Source: Octopus bimaculoides (taxonomy: Eukaryota). Taken from it: DNA of 64,000 bases. The notes under the pieces were generated by a model, which did not search any database, was not told the origin of the DNA, and worked only from the letters and a program-made list of their open reading frames with translations. The position numbers were made by a program, and so were the translations under genes. The stretch is taken from the NCBI RefSeq assembly GCF_001194135.2, contig NC_068981.1:158876055-158940054 (forward strand), given 5' to 3'. Of this stretch, positions 25,285 to 39,126 are shown piece by piece; the stretch's first letter is position 1, and every line of letters starts with the position of its first letter.

Positions 25285-25837
25285 GTATATTTTTATTGAT
25301 AGACAGTAGTTGAATGTAAGACTTGTGTTCTGTTTTATGATTTCTTTCTATTATAGGCATAGCTATATGGTTAAGAAGCCCACTTTGCAACCATATGGTT
25401 TGGGATTCAGTGACATTGCATGGCACTTTAAGAAGTGTCTTCTATGATAGCCCCAGGCTGACCAATGCTTGGCGAGTTACTTTGGGGGAGAGAAACTATG
25501 TGCAAGCATGTTGTGTGTGTATCATCATCTTCATTTAGCATCTGATTTTCATGCTGGCATGGATTAGACAGTTTGACTGGAACTGGTAAGCTGATTTGGC
25601 ATGGTCTCTACAGCTGGATGCCCTTTCTAATGCCAGCCACTTCAAGAGTGTAATGGATGCTTTTTACGTGCCACCAGCACCAGTGCCAGTTATGTAACAC
25701 TGGTATTGGCCACAACTATGATTTCACTTGGCTTGATGAGTCTAGTGAAATCATAGCCATAGCCGATGCTGGTGTCATGTAACTGGCACCTGTGCCAGTG
25801 GCATGTAAAAAGCACCATTACACTATATATATATGTT

Positions 25838-26071
25838 CGGAGGCGCGTGGCTTAGTGGTTAGGGTGTCAGCACCATGATCGTAAGATTGTGGTTTCGATT
25901 CTTGGACCGGGCGACACGTGTTCTTGAGCAAAACACTTCATTTCACGTTGCTCCAGTCCACTCAGCTGGCAAAAATGAGTAACTCTGCGATGGACTGGCG
26001 TCCCGTCCAGCTGTGGAACACATACGCCACTGAAACCGGGCCCATGAGCCTGGCTAGGCTTTAAAAGGGTA
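25838..26071 (+). mobile_element. tRNA-derived SINE with a conserved-type central domain and (ATTT)n tail
   Basis: Head GGAGGCGCGTGGCTTAGTGGTTAGGG...GGTTTCGATTC, then TGTTCTTGAGCAAAACACTT and TGCGATGGACTGGCGTCCCGTCCAG. Confidence 0.8.
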
Positions 26072-28282
26072 CATTTATTTATTTATATATATATATACAT
26101 ATATATATATATACATATATATATCATCATCACCATCATTTAACATGTCTTCCATGCTAGTGTGTGTGTGTGTGTGTGTGTGTGTTCAACTGCGTTACAA
26201 CTGGTGTTAGTTTGTTTACATTCTTATAACTTTGTGGTGTTGCAAAAGGAACTAATAGAATGAGTACTAGACTTAAAATATGTACTGGGATCAATTTGTT
26301 CAACTAAACCTTTCCAAGCTGTACCCCAACTTGGCCACTATCCAATGAGTGGAACAAGTAAGAGGTAAAAGGTTCATTCGTTCTATAGCTAGGGAGCATA
26401 TAATTCTTGTAGTATTTATGTATGGTCTGTTTGTCCCCACTGGTTGTTGTATCTGTAGGCAGAAGTTGAACTGGTTTTTGCATTGTCCTTCTGTTTTGGT
26501 TTACTAATTTGTTTGATACAAACCAAACATCTCTCACATTCCCATAATAAATGGAACATAATCACTGGTTGTTGAAACTAACTTGGGAGGTAATACTTAC
26601 AATTTCAAATTCTGCAACGATGGTATCTTCATTGACAATGTTGTTTCCTCAGTCCTTCATAGCAGGCAAAACATGAAAGACACAGGCACCCTGTAATTTT
26701 TTTTTTGTGTCTAATAAAATATCTAGACTCTACTTCTGTATTGAGTCCTTTTTCAGTGAACACTAATCTGTTGTTTTTAATGTAAATTTCACAACTCTTA
26801 TTTCATATATGTGTGTAAACATGTCATCATCATCATCATCATCATCATCATTTAACATTTGTCTTCGATGCTGGCATGGGTTAGATGGTTTGACAGGTTG
26901 GAGAACTGCATGATGCTCCAGTGTCTACTTTGGAATGATTTCTTGGACTGGATGCCTTTCCTAACACCAGCCTCTTTACAGAGTGTGCTGAGTGCATTTT
27001 TCATGGTACCAGCACTAAGTGATGCCACCATGAAACATGCATGACTAAAGTGTCTCATCAACTGAGTGGGAATATAGTAGGTAGGGTGGCAGCTTTATGC
27101 CATGTGCTGAAAGGTTAAAGTATGATAGAAGGAACACATTGCTACTTCACATTATATAAGGGTGAGAGTAATACATCTACTATAAATTCACCTATAAGAG
27201 TGAGGTCATTTGTATATAGTAGTTATTTCCCATGTGTATCTGGTATTAAATTCCTCTGTTATGGCCTGGAGGACTATAACATAGAAAGGGACTGAGAACA
27301 TAGCCCTGGTGAATCCCTGTCTGCTGTATTTGTTGTTAACTCTTGTCTTGCTGACAACATCTCTTCTTCTAGAAGAGAAAAAGAAAAGAATTTTATTAAG
27401 AAGCTTATAATAATTCTGAATAGACTATGATATGAAGAATAATAATAATAATATCAATATTTATATAAATTTAGTTGTGTCTGGGGAGAGTTATATTGTC
27501 TTAATGCCTTATTGTCTAACACACTCACTGGTTCAATTTCCACTCATTTATTATTTATATATTTTTTCTTCTAAAATTTTTGTTGCTTTTGCAACCTTGT
27601 CAATGGATGTTGACCAGATGCAAAAACGAAGATTCAAATTTAATTTTACTCAAAACTGTAGTAATACTGACAGTATTATCAATCCGAATTTGCATTTAAT
27701 TTCATTTAAAGTTATTTAAGGCAGGACTGTGGTTTGTAGTATCAAATGTCTCACAACATTTTATCAAATGTCTCACAACATTTGATTGTAGCTAAATCCT
27801 CTATCTCTGATTGGTCCAAATGTTTTTATGAATAAGTGCTGTCAATGTCAGCTATGTTTCCGGGTTCATCAGCATGACACACTGATTGGTTAAAATAGTG
27901 TCTGCACGCTATAACCTATTGGAAGGTATTTCAAGGAAAAATCCCGTCATTTCATTACAGTTGTCAAATGTGAAGTACATTAGCTGTTTGTTAATGCTAC
28001 TACATAGAGACATTTATCAGAAGTTTGTTATGAAACATGAAAGTATTTGTAAAATTTTAATATGTAAAAATTATGAATAAACAATAAAAAATATGAAAAT
28101 CAGACTATATTTGAATTTGATTGACTAATACACACACACACACACACCCATGCACAATAGTAAGACATGGAACTAAACTGCAAAATCCAACTCAGAAAGA
28201 AATTGTAAAAGCTGCCACTTATTGTTGCTTTATCTGAGAGCAAAACAGTTCTCAGATAAGGCAACAACATCCATCATGTAGT

Positions 28283-28700
28283 CTTTTATTCTTGTATTCT
28301 TTAACTTGTTTCAATCATTTGGCTGTGGCCATGCTGGAGCAATACCTTGAGGGGTTTTAGTTGACAGATTGACCCCAGGACATACTTTTTAAAGTCTAGT
28401 ACTTATTCTATGAGTCTCTTTTGCTGAACCGCTAAGTTACAAGGACGTAAATACACCAACACTTGTTGTCAAGTGGTGATGGGGTGACAAACACTGGCAC
28501 ATAGACACATACACATAGATATATACATATATATATGATGGGCTTCTTTCAGTTTCCATCTACTGAATCTACTCATGAGGCTTTGGTTGGCCTGAGGCTA
28601 TAGTAGAAGACACTTGCCCAAGGTGCCATGTAGTAGGACTGAACCTGGAACTATGTGGTTGGGAAGCAAGCTTCTTATCACACAGCTATGCCTGTGCCTG
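28283..28700 (-). mobile_element. Composite SINE (family B head + microsatellite + family C body)
   Basis: Same architecture as 32403-32835, 51620-52061 and 57561-58111. Confidence 0.8.
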
Positions 28701-29079
28701 TGTATGGTAACAAATTCCATAGAAAGTAAAGCAGTTTTTCTTTTAGTAGATATCTCATTATCATTCCAGGTTCATACATTTCAAAAGCTATCTTGAAAAT
28801 CAGAAATGGGTTCTTTGGCAGTCGCTTGATGACAGCCTGAACTCACTACATTTCCTTAGATCTCCTGCTTGACCAAAACCATGCTCCAGTCTCACATGCC
28901 CATTTTGTTTTCTTTTTTAGAGTTATAGAAACCTTATAGTCATCTCATGCAAGTGAGTATGACTTGGTAGTGTGTACTATGCTTTCACCAATTGTTTTAG
29001 GTGCTTATGTCATCACAAGTAGATGTAGACACTCTCTCAGTCATCCTGTCTTTGACCCAGGGTAATGTGATTATTTTTT

Positions 29080-30400
29080 TGTTTTTAAATGAGTAGCAAT
29101 TGTATCTTTTTGCCATTAACAGAGACAAGATTTGTGCACCCCCATTGGAGGATGATTCCAAGGTTTCTTTTCACGGAGTCTGTATGTTTAGGTTGCAAAT
29201 GGATAATGCATGGTTGGTGATTATATCATCGAGGTCTAAAAGATAGTGTTATCTGTGTAAGAATGAGTTTTGTTAAATGCAGTAGTAAGTCAGTCAATGG
29301 CAAAACTGAACCTTGTGGCAGGTTGGAGTTGATAGAATGAGGGACTAAAGAGCTTCATTAATATATATTAATAATATGATCTGATAGGGAGCTAAAAGAT
29401 AGGTATAGTCCAGAGGCAGGAAGTTTAGATAGATTTGCATATTAGACACAGATGAGAGTTTTTCTGATGTTGAGGCCTACATTGCTTTCAACGAATTCTT
29501 CCAAGGCAAGCACCCACTGGTGGGTGACAGAGAACAGTAGGGTCACCCAGTGGATCTGGCTTTACAAAAACTGAGGAGAGAAAAATATTCAATGTGTTGG
29601 AGGACAATACATTGTAAATGGCTGACTCCATTACCCTAGGATATTGAAGTGAGTGTAATAGGAGAATAGTTGGCAGGGTTAGTGGGATTGATAGGGGTTT
29701 TTCTTTTTTTTCCAAGGTGGGATACACTGTAGCATGCTTCAAAAGATCAGTGTAGATCCCTTTAGAGAGGGAGAAATTGAAAACATGAAGAGTACTAGCT
29801 CTAGATGTAATGTTTGAGAATGATGGAAGGGACACCATCAGGACCTGTGACCTTGTTGGTTTGAAGTGATAAAAGGTATTTTCACACTTGGTATGTATGT
29901 AAGTAAGGTGACAGACCTGGAAAGGTGGAAAGAAATAGAATTGGAGAAGATTTGCCAAGTATGTGCAATGTAGTGTTGATTGCAAAATAGGAAGCAAAGA
30001 TGAAGGCTTTCTCTGTGGGAGCTGTTCATGGAACCATTGCTATTATGAAGTGGAAAGAAAAAGGATTCTGTAAAATTGGTAAAAATTCAAAGGGACTGAT
30101 TTTTGTTGAAAAGGTGGAATAAGTTGAGAGTTGTATGAGATACAATGTCATCTTTTGTTGTTCAGATAATGACCTTGTAACTGTTGCATGGCTGGGTAAA
30201 TATCACATAGCTTTGGTGGATAGGTGAGTTTCTCCAGACATTGTAGGCCTTGCTTTTTGCATTACAATGAGTGAATGACTAGTGGGGACTTGGAGTATAG
30301 GGTTTTTACTGTGTATGGAATGTGAAGGGACAAGACGAGATGGATAGTTTCAATCAACTGCCCAACTGTTCCTGGTTGGTCAAAAATAAAGCATATATAC
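29080..30400 (-). mobile_element. Degenerate CR1/L2-group LINE reverse transcriptase remnant
   Basis: FNFSLSKGIYTDLLKHATVYPTLEK and PRVMESAI resemble FNLSLS.G.FP..WK.A.V.P..KK and SKVMESII. LPQGSVL resembles the VPQGSVL motif. Confidence 0.7.
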
Positions 30401-30765
30401 CGCTTGGGATAGTATAAAACTGTTAGAGTTTCAACTAATCAATTGACTTAAAATATCATAGGATGTAGAGAGTTATGATCGTTGTGTTGTATGTGGATGT
30501 GTGGTAGATAGTTTCATTGTGGCAGTGGTTGGATGGCCCAGAAGTGCAGAGACAGTTTTAGTTTGGTATAGATTAGGTTTGGAGGGGTGAAAAAAAAACA
30601 CTTTGGGCGTTTTAGGTTTCTGGGTGTCAATGAATAACACACCTTGTATAGCAGTGACACTCATATATATATATATATACAACTACCATGTGATTTCAAG
30701 ACAAGGGAGAGATGAACATACACATACTCATGCATATAAACATACATTATGATGATGAAATACAT

Positions 30766-30863
30766 ATAATTCACCATCACTAAAATGTGACGAAGAGTGC
30801 AGGGAACACCAGCTTCCTGATGCTCCCTGCACCCTTCATCACATTTTAGTAATGGTGAATTAT
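30766..30863. repeat. 98-nt hairpin (42-bp arms, 14-nt loop, 4 mismatches)
   Basis: ATAATTCACCATCACTAAAATGTGACGAAGAGTGCAGGGAAC pairs with GCTCCCTGCACCCTTCATCACATTTTAGTAATGGTGAATTAT. Confidence 0.9.
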
Positions 30864-31389
30864 TTCTTTTTTAGTTTTGAATTGTGTTTAACCACCTCAC
30901 TTATTAAAACAGAGAAACAAACACAACAAATTCAGATACCTCACTTGGTACACTGATTGGTCATTGCTACATCAATACCCATGATTTAAGTATAAATATT
31001 GCATGGCAATATTTTTATTCATTTCATTGTCCAAAGATAGGCTCAGGGTTGACAAATATGTGCTCAAGTCACTTGTAAAAAATTTTCACAACACACACTA
31101 ATGCACGCCCCACTGGTGGGGTGTATGCCCCATGTTGGGAAATATTGGTCTAGAGTATTGCACAGTGGAACTTACCCAAAACCATATTGCTGCAAAGTGA
31201 ACTTCTTAAACAAACATCCATGCTCATATGCCTATGTATACACAGACATGACAGAAGTAAATAGACACCCTTATAATCATTAAAACTTCTTCAAATCTGT
31301 AATTATTCATTCAAATTATTTATTAATTGTTATAATGTGAGCCTATTAGGCATGTTAATGATCAGATGATGAATATTCCCTTATGGAAT

Positions 31390-32290
31390 TTCTTGCCAAG
31401 TTTCATGCAGTAATTTCAAAAGATGCATTCTGGTTCTTTTTATGAAGTGTCCTGTCTATTTTGTCCCAGAAGTATTCATGTCTGGTGACTGGCTTGGCCA
31501 TGGAAGATTTTTAATGTCATTCTCATCCAACAAATCTTGGGTCATGCTAGCCATGTGACAAGGAGCCCCATCTTCCATAAATAAAGAGTCTTTTTTAATC
31601 ATTTTCCTACTGGAGAAGATTGGAAGGAGTCCTTTCTGCAATATGAATGCATATTTATCTGAGTTTATGTTTCCCTCACACTCCACCAGCTATGATCAAC
31701 CATTGCTCCAAATTGCTCCCCAGACCATCACAGAAAAGCTGCCATGTTTCATTGTTGGCTGCAATCTTTTCACATCAAATTCTTGAGCACAGAGTCTCCA
31801 GACCCACACTTAATCACTGTCAGGAAATACAGCAATTCTGAACTCATTAGAGAATATGACAGTGTCCCAAAATGCTAGTGGCCTCCTCACCATCTCACTG
31901 GCCCAATCTTTTCTCCGCTTGATGTTGGCTGGTTGAAGTGGTTTCCTTCCAAGTTTGCGGAGATACCTAACAGCTGCTCTGGGACTAACATCAGCTTGTT
32001 CTGCTATGTCAGAGGCCTTGCAACAAGGATTATCCTCCACATTTCTCTTAACAAAGAGAAGGGTCCTGTCAGAGGGCTCTGGTTGATCTGGGTGGGGTAA
32101 TGTTGACTTTTTCCCATCTCTAGTGAATTGCACAATCTCTTTATTAATTGTCGAAAGCAGGATCCCAAGGTTTTCTACGATTTTTTGCTGTGTTCACCTT
32201 CAAACTGACCCACAATACGGCCTCTTGGAAATTCAGACAGTTCCAAGGCTTCTTTTGTACATGGCATGCTTAAACAATCACATATAGAAC
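31390..32290 (-). mobile_element. Tc1-like transposase remnant
   Basis: IAEQADVSPRAAVRYL, FWDTVIFSNEFR, LFMEDGAPCH and WPSQSPDMN. Confidence 0.85.
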
Positions 32291-32402
32291 CTGAAGTATA
32301 AAAATGTCAATTAATAAAAAATATAAACCTTTACAAGTTAAAATAAACAAACTATGTTTTATGGGGTATTTATTTACTTCTGTCGTGTCTGTGTATATGT
32401 AT

Positions 32403-32646
32403 ATTCTTTTATTCTTTTACTTGTTTCATTTGTTTGACTGTGGCCATGCTGGAGCACTGCCTTTAGGCAAACAAATCAACTCCAGGACTTATTCTTTGTA
32501 AGCCTAGTACTTATTCTATTGGTCTCTTTTGACAAACCACTAAGCTACGGGGACATAAACACACCAACATTGGTTGTCAAGCAATGTTGTTGTTGTTGGT
32601 GGTGGTGGTGGTGGTGGTGGGGAAACACAGACACACAAACATATAC

Positions 32647-32677
<31 letters not shown>

Positions 32678-32835
32678 CGATGGGCTTCTTTCAGTTTCTG
32701 TCTACCAAATCCACTCACAAGTCTTTGGTCGGCCCAAGGCTATAGTAGAAGACACTTGCCCTAGGTGCTACGCAGCGAGACTGAACCCAGAACTATGTGG
32801 TTGGGAAGCAAGCTTCTTACTACACAGCCATGCCT
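32403..32835 (-). mobile_element. Composite SINE (B head + microsatellite + C body)
   Basis: See the 51620-52061 copy. Confidence 0.85.
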
Positions 32836-33273
32836 GAGAATAGTATTGATAGTAACTTCAAAGTATATTGTAATTAATTTATACATACATAAAATGACCC
32901 AGGATCTTTAGCAGGTCATGGGAGCACTCCTAATGTTTCATCATACTGACAAAGCTGGTCTTTCTCCAGAGTATTGTGTAAAAATGAATTATCAAGTAAT
33001 TGAAATTCTATTCACTGAGAGGCTGACTGCTAATCTATGGAAGTTGTTCAAATTGGCAAATATTCATGTATTCTTTTATTGGTTTCAGTCTTTTGGACAT
33101 TAGCCATACAAGTTTACCACCTTCAAGGATTTTTAGTTAATTATATTGTTTCAGTTCTTACTTCAGTTCCTATTTTATTGATTTCTAGTTATTCAATGGC
33201 TAAGTCTATCTTTGATGTAAAGAGTCATAACTCAATAATTAACTACAATAGTTTATTTTTGTTTGGTTCATTG

Positions 33274-33326
<53 letters not shown>

Positions 33327-33715
33327 TTCGTAGATACATACATACTTGTACATGAACACATGTCTGTAACTTTCTGTTGCTTCTTAATCAATTAATCAGA
33401 TTTTTTTCTTCCCTTAGTATCTTGGTTCTTTGAGAATTTATTCTTAATATCTTGAAATAACTATCTTTTCTTATTCAGAATCATTGACAATCACCACTAA
33501 GTTTTTGTTTACTTTCTCAGCATATGAAGAAAATTTTAATAAATTAAGGTGCAGCCATAGCTGTTTGGTTAAGAAGTTTGTTTCCCACCATCTGGGTTCA
33601 GGTTCAGTTTCACTGTGTAGCACCCTGGGCAAGTGTCTTCTACTAAAGCCACAGGCCGACCAAAGCCTTGTAAGTGGATCTGATGAAAGGAAACTGAAAG
33701 ACTGCCTACATATAC

Positions 33716-33762
<47 letters not shown>

Positions 33763-35397
33763 NNNNNNNNNNNNNNNNNNNNNAGAGAGAGAGAGAGAGA
33801 GAGAGAAAGAGACATGTGTGTGTGGGTATGAATGGGTGGATAAGTGTTTGTGTGTTGTTTGTGTGTACCTTTGCAAAATAGTGAGACTCATATTCAGGGA
33901 TAAATATTATTTCTCATACATTTAATACTACTGAAGATTTAAAATTTAAATGCCAGTTGCATGAAGGCATTTTATCATTTCACTCTCCTCTCATATTCAC
34001 ATTGAACCTTTGTGGTCCATACAACACCCAGGCCACTGCCATACTGTCTTTATTTTACTTTGTTTAGAGTTACTATGACACAGTTTGTTTATCAAAACTT
34101 GTCAAATGCATCCTGTCTTTATTGGATACTATTAATATCTATTAAAGGTAGGGTGCATTTGACAAGGTCAAGTCATTTAACTACTCACTGTTAATCATGC
34201 TGCATGTATGTGCATGTTTCTCAAGCTCTAAGTTCTTCACTAAATATTATATTCATGCCTGCATTCTGAGAATAACTCAACTGTAATACTCATTCCTGTG
34301 CAGGTGATCTCATAGAAGTGTCAACTTCTAACCTATAACTTTTTTAATACCAACAACCCACCTAAGACTATCCTTATTGTATGACATAGACTTGTTGTTT
34401 TTAAGTGATTTAAATTAAAACCTTCCATCAAAACTCCATATTTGTGTTCCTAACTCCAGTTTCATAATAAAAAAGTTATTTTACTAAATACTTTAATATT
34501 TTCCAAATTAACTGCAACAAAGGTAGAGTATTTCAAAAGAAATTTTGTAAAAAAAGGGTTAAGCTCTATATGAACTATATCTTCCTCACAGATCTCCCAT
34601 GTACCCATTCTCAAATGATGCTCACAGAGTATAAGTAGTGCTAGTTTTTCAGGTAATTTGTGACACAACTTGTCTGAAGATCTTGTGTGCCTACAGGTGA
34701 AACTCAAAGTACCAAGAAGTTGACCTGACCCAAATATCATATCATTCATTTCTACTATAGTTGAATGGTCTTTTCTCTGACACTTAATACTAAAACGATT
34801 TGTATGTGTGTGTGTGGTATATATGTGTGTGTGCGTGCATGTACACACACACCTCACAAACACACACACCTCACAAACACACACACACACACACCAACTG
34901 TAATTTCTCCCCATTGGTTCTTACCTGCCATTTTTTCATTGAATCCTTTTACTATTCCAACACCAGCCCCATGTATTTCATTGTCCCCAGTCAAAACACC
35001 CTTCTTTCCTGCTTCCTTTTCCTACCTTTCTTTTTCTTTTTCTAATTTTCTCTTTCTGTTTTCTTTCTTTTTTTTTTTGTTTCCTTACTTTTTCCTCTTC
35101 ACCATCATGCGCTACAACAGGAATCCTAAATATTAATGTGTATATTCCATCATTTCTCCAGTTGAAGACCCTTTGCAACCACAGGCAAAACTCAAAATAG
35201 CAAGAGACTCACTCAACTGAAATGAACTATTATTAATCTCTACTGTGGTTTTGAGTACTCTTTTCTTTTCCACCCACATATCCATCTCTATATATGGACA
35301 CATGCACACTTCCTACACAATTCCTGCCAATATTTGGATAATGAAGTTCTAGGAATATCTTTAATGTCTTCACTGAATGTATTTCCTCATTCTCCAG

Positions 35398-35507
35398 GTA
35401 TAACTGCTGGATGCAATCTGATGAGCTGTTAAGCTTAACTGCTTCAGAGAGACTTACTTTGGAAGAAGAATACGAGAACCAAATCAGCTGGCGGCAAGAT
35501 GAAAAAA
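35398..35507 (+). CDS. NAT9: NAT9 exon 2 (YNCWMQSDELLSLTASERLTLEEEYENQISWRQDEK)
   Basis: Acceptor tctccag|G, donor A|gttggt; phase 2 to phase 1; contains LTASE.LTLEEEY. Confidence 0.95.
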
Positions 35508-36574
35508 GTTGGTAGACTGGTTTTCTTATTCATCAGTTTTATAAAAATTTCAAACATTTCACATATTACTTTAATCCTAACATATTATACTAGTGTAATA
35601 CAAGTTGAGAAATTTTCTAGTATTGGATATAGCATTGATCTCAAAAGTATCCAATCAGGTGGTCCAGTTAGAACTCTTCATTCCATTGGAGGATTGCATT
35701 GAGGAGACAAATAAGTGTAAGAGAAGGAAATATGCTGAGCTGTGGAGCTATGCCAAAGCCATGGGTGACAGGCAAAGTATGATCCCATTAATGTGGAATG
35801 TAGAGGGTTTGCAGGCCAATCCCACTGCAGAGTTTGCAACATGCTTGGTATCACAGGAGCAATTAGGCAAAAGGCCATCAAATTGACTGTGGAGGCAGCA
35901 GAGCTGTTGCCTCAAGGTGGCTGTGGATCCGGAGGTGTGAGCCCTGGGAGGGGCAGTGCTAACTGGACACTAGCTGGTGTTTAATCAACCCTGGTTGGGT
36001 TGCTGGGTGAGTTTATCTGAGGTTGAAACACCCAAAACACCTCATGGCCCTAGGGAACACCACTGATGATATGTCAAGTTGCATCTCAGGATGATGTATG
36101 GGAAAACACATTTTCATAAATTGAAAAAAATGGTGTGATGCAAGTAGGTGACTTACTTATGTCAAGTATCATGCATCAAACTAGTTAGTAATGTTTCTGT
36201 ATGAACAAACTATTGTAACAAAGTTGTAACAATGCCTTCTCTGCTACACTTTACTCCATGTAACAAATCATTGCATGGCAAAGTTTCTAAAGTAGACTGC
36301 AGTGTCAGATATATCTGGGATATTGCATAATAAATATTAAAATGACCACCTCTTCAGTCAGAACTGATCAGTTAATTGACAACATCAAGAACAACAGCTG
36401 TGAACTAAGAATGATTCCTATTTTCAAGTAAGAGATAGAAATAAACTGAGGCATATAACTTAATTATGTTAAAGTACCTCTCTTATTCACTTTTCATTTA
36501 CTTGGTCCGTCATTTGTTCAACCACTGGTCATCTCCATGACCATCTTTTTTCAGGCTACATTACCTGATGTGTT

Positions 36575-36790
36575 TTGATTTGCAATACCAACTTGATTAC
36601 TTATCAATTTCATGGGTACACAAGCCAGATTTACTACATTCTCACGAGAAACAGGGACAGGCAGATACTTGTGAATGCAGAATCTTTCCCAGGTGAAGAA
36701 TGCACAACTCAACATAAGTTAGTGATTAGTGACTTCAGAGTCAGGGCTAGAAGAATCCAGAGACACAAACCAATAGGGAATTAGTTTGGA
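36575..36790 (+). mobile_element. RTE-clade LINE AP-endonuclease fragment
   Basis: LITYQFHGYTSQIYYIL...PGEECTTQHKLVISDF resembles ITY.SG..SQIDYIL...PGEEC..QH.LVV.D. Confidence 0.75.
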
Positions 36791-37066
36791 TATCTCGCCC
36801 ATCTATCAAAATCTGTACATTAAAGGGACACAGTAATCTGTGCTTCTATAGACAATTAAGGTCTTTCTTCACATATGATTGGCTATTGGCTTCTCTGAAA
36901 GAGGTCAGCTGCCTTTTGACTGATTGTATTTGTAAACTTAGTGGGAGTCTGCATATCCTCTTCACTCAGTAAACTAAGTTGAAGTGGGGGAGGCTTTACT
37001 TAATGACAACCCAACCATGTTACATATTACCAGTGGTAGGTTGAACCTGGAAATCTTTTGTATATT

Positions 37067-37536
37067 GTATAGAAAACATTTTTATAATGTGTGTGTTTAG
37101 TATGTATAGCTTTTTAAAATTATTGAGAATATAACTGGTGTTTAAATTTTAATTATTTTTTTAATGTCTTTTTTGCATATATCTTCTTTAGTTCTTTACA
37201 GTATGTATTGAATAGTAAGGTTACTGTTCTAAAGATATTGTGAAAAATTTAAGAGGAGCCATGTAAAGAAAATATGTGCTTACAGACACACCTATATATA
37301 TACTACCCCCGCACACACCTATATATACTACCCTCGCACATGTCTATATATACTACCTCCTCTAAAATTGTTCACAATATCTTTAGAACAGTAACCTTAT
37401 TATTCAATACATACTGTAAAGAACTAAAGGAGATGTATACAAAGAAGACATTAAAAACTAGTTAACACCAGTCATATTCTCAATAATTTTAAAAAGCTAT
37501 ACATACTAAACACACACATAAAAATGTTTTCTATAC
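37067..37536. repeat. Local inverted duplication (arms ~37067-37258 and 37357-37536) in NAT9 intron 2
   Basis: GTAAGGTTACTGTTCTAAAGATATTGTGAA is mirrored by TTCACAATATCTTTAGAACAGTAACCTTAT, and the pairing extends over ~180 bp. Confidence 0.92.
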
Positions 37537-39126
37537 ACTATATATATATACACACACAAAGACATGCTTAGATACACACATGTATGTATACACACCCACA
37601 TGTATGAATACACACATATATTCATATGCTCTTATATCACTTATGCTCACACAAGCCAACAATTATGCCAGAATACATGTACTCAAGCATACTCACATAA
37701 ACATCTACATACAGAGAAGCGTATGCAAAGTTACATGTGTACATATATTAATACATTAAGAATGAAAAACATAAGATACTAGTTGCAAAAGTTCCGGATG
37801 TAATGCAAAACATAAAAAATAGAGCATAACAAATAATAATCTGCACACATGCATTTACAGCATCCCAACATATATGCATATCAATGCAAAGACATACTGG
37901 ATATTTGCATGTAATAGAGGCCTATGATAATGATCTTGTAGTTTTAAGCTGACTCTTTGCTACCCATCTGCATATCAACAGAAATATGGTTGTTTTTCTT
38001 ATCCATTCACCTCATTGAAGGAAAGCAGAGATCTTCTTGTGTGCATTATCAATATCTATAAAACACAAGATGTTTGTGTGTGTACGTGATGTGGGTTATG
38101 CACGTCCACAAATTAGCACGCATGTCGCTCCAATTTTAGGAGGACATTGTTCATGACCCTATCTGTGTTTTTGTCAACTTTTTCTCACAGAGGCACCCGC
38201 GTATAGCTGTAAAAATCGATAAACTTTTACCAATTTTGAAGTTTGTTGACTTGGCGAAGTCAAATCTGTGCGTACGCGCGTGAAGGAGAGAGAGAGAAAG
38301 AAAGAAAGAGAGGGAGAAAGAAAGAAAGAAAGAGAGAGAAAGAAAAAAGAGAGAAAGAAAGAAATAGTGTGTTTGTGACAAGGGGAGAAACAANNNNNNN
38401 NNNNNNNNNNNNNNNNNNNNNNNNNNNNNNNNNNNNNNNNNNNNNNNNNNNNNNNNNNNNNNNNNNNNNNNNNNNNNNNNNNNNNNNNNNNNNNNNNNNN
38501 NNNNNNNNNNNNNNNNNNNNNNNNNNNNNNNNNNNNNNNNNNNNNNNNNNNNNNNNNNNNNNNNNNNNNNNNNNNNNNNNNNNNNNNNNNNNNNNNNNNN
38601 NNNNNNNNNNNNNNNNNNNNNNNNNNNNNNNNNNNNNNNNNNNNNNNNNNNNNNNNNNNNNNNNNNNNNNNNNNNNNNNNNNNNNNNNNNNNNNNNNNNN
38701 NNNNNNNNNNNNNNNNNNNNNNNNNNNNNNNNNNNNNNNNNNNNNNNNNNNNNNNNNNNNNNNNNNNNNNNNNNNNNNNNNNNNNNNNNNNNNNNNNNNN
38801 NNNNNNNNNNNNNNNNNNNNNNNNNNNNNNNNNNNNNNNNNNNNNNNNNNNNNNNNNNNNNNNNNNNNNNNNNNNNNNNNNNNNNNNNNNNNNNNNNNNN
38901 NNNNNNNNNNNNNNNNNNNNNNNNNNNNNNNNNNNNNNNNNNNNNNNNNNNNNNNNNNNNNNNNNNNNNNNNNNNNNNNNNNNNNNNNNNNNNNNNNNNN
39001 NNNNNNNNNNNNNNNNNNNNNNNNNNNNNNNNNNNNNNNNNNNNNNNNNNNNNNNNNNNNNNNNNNNNNNNNNNNNNNNNNNNNNNNNNNNNNNNNNNNN
39101 NNNNNNNNNNNNNNNNNNNNNNNNNA

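Noticed and set aside
25838-25910. tRNA-like sequences (also 11290-11352, 51630-51690, 63232-63304)
   Set aside because: They have A/B boxes but no complete cloverleaf and continue into SINE bodies, so they are not tRNA genes.
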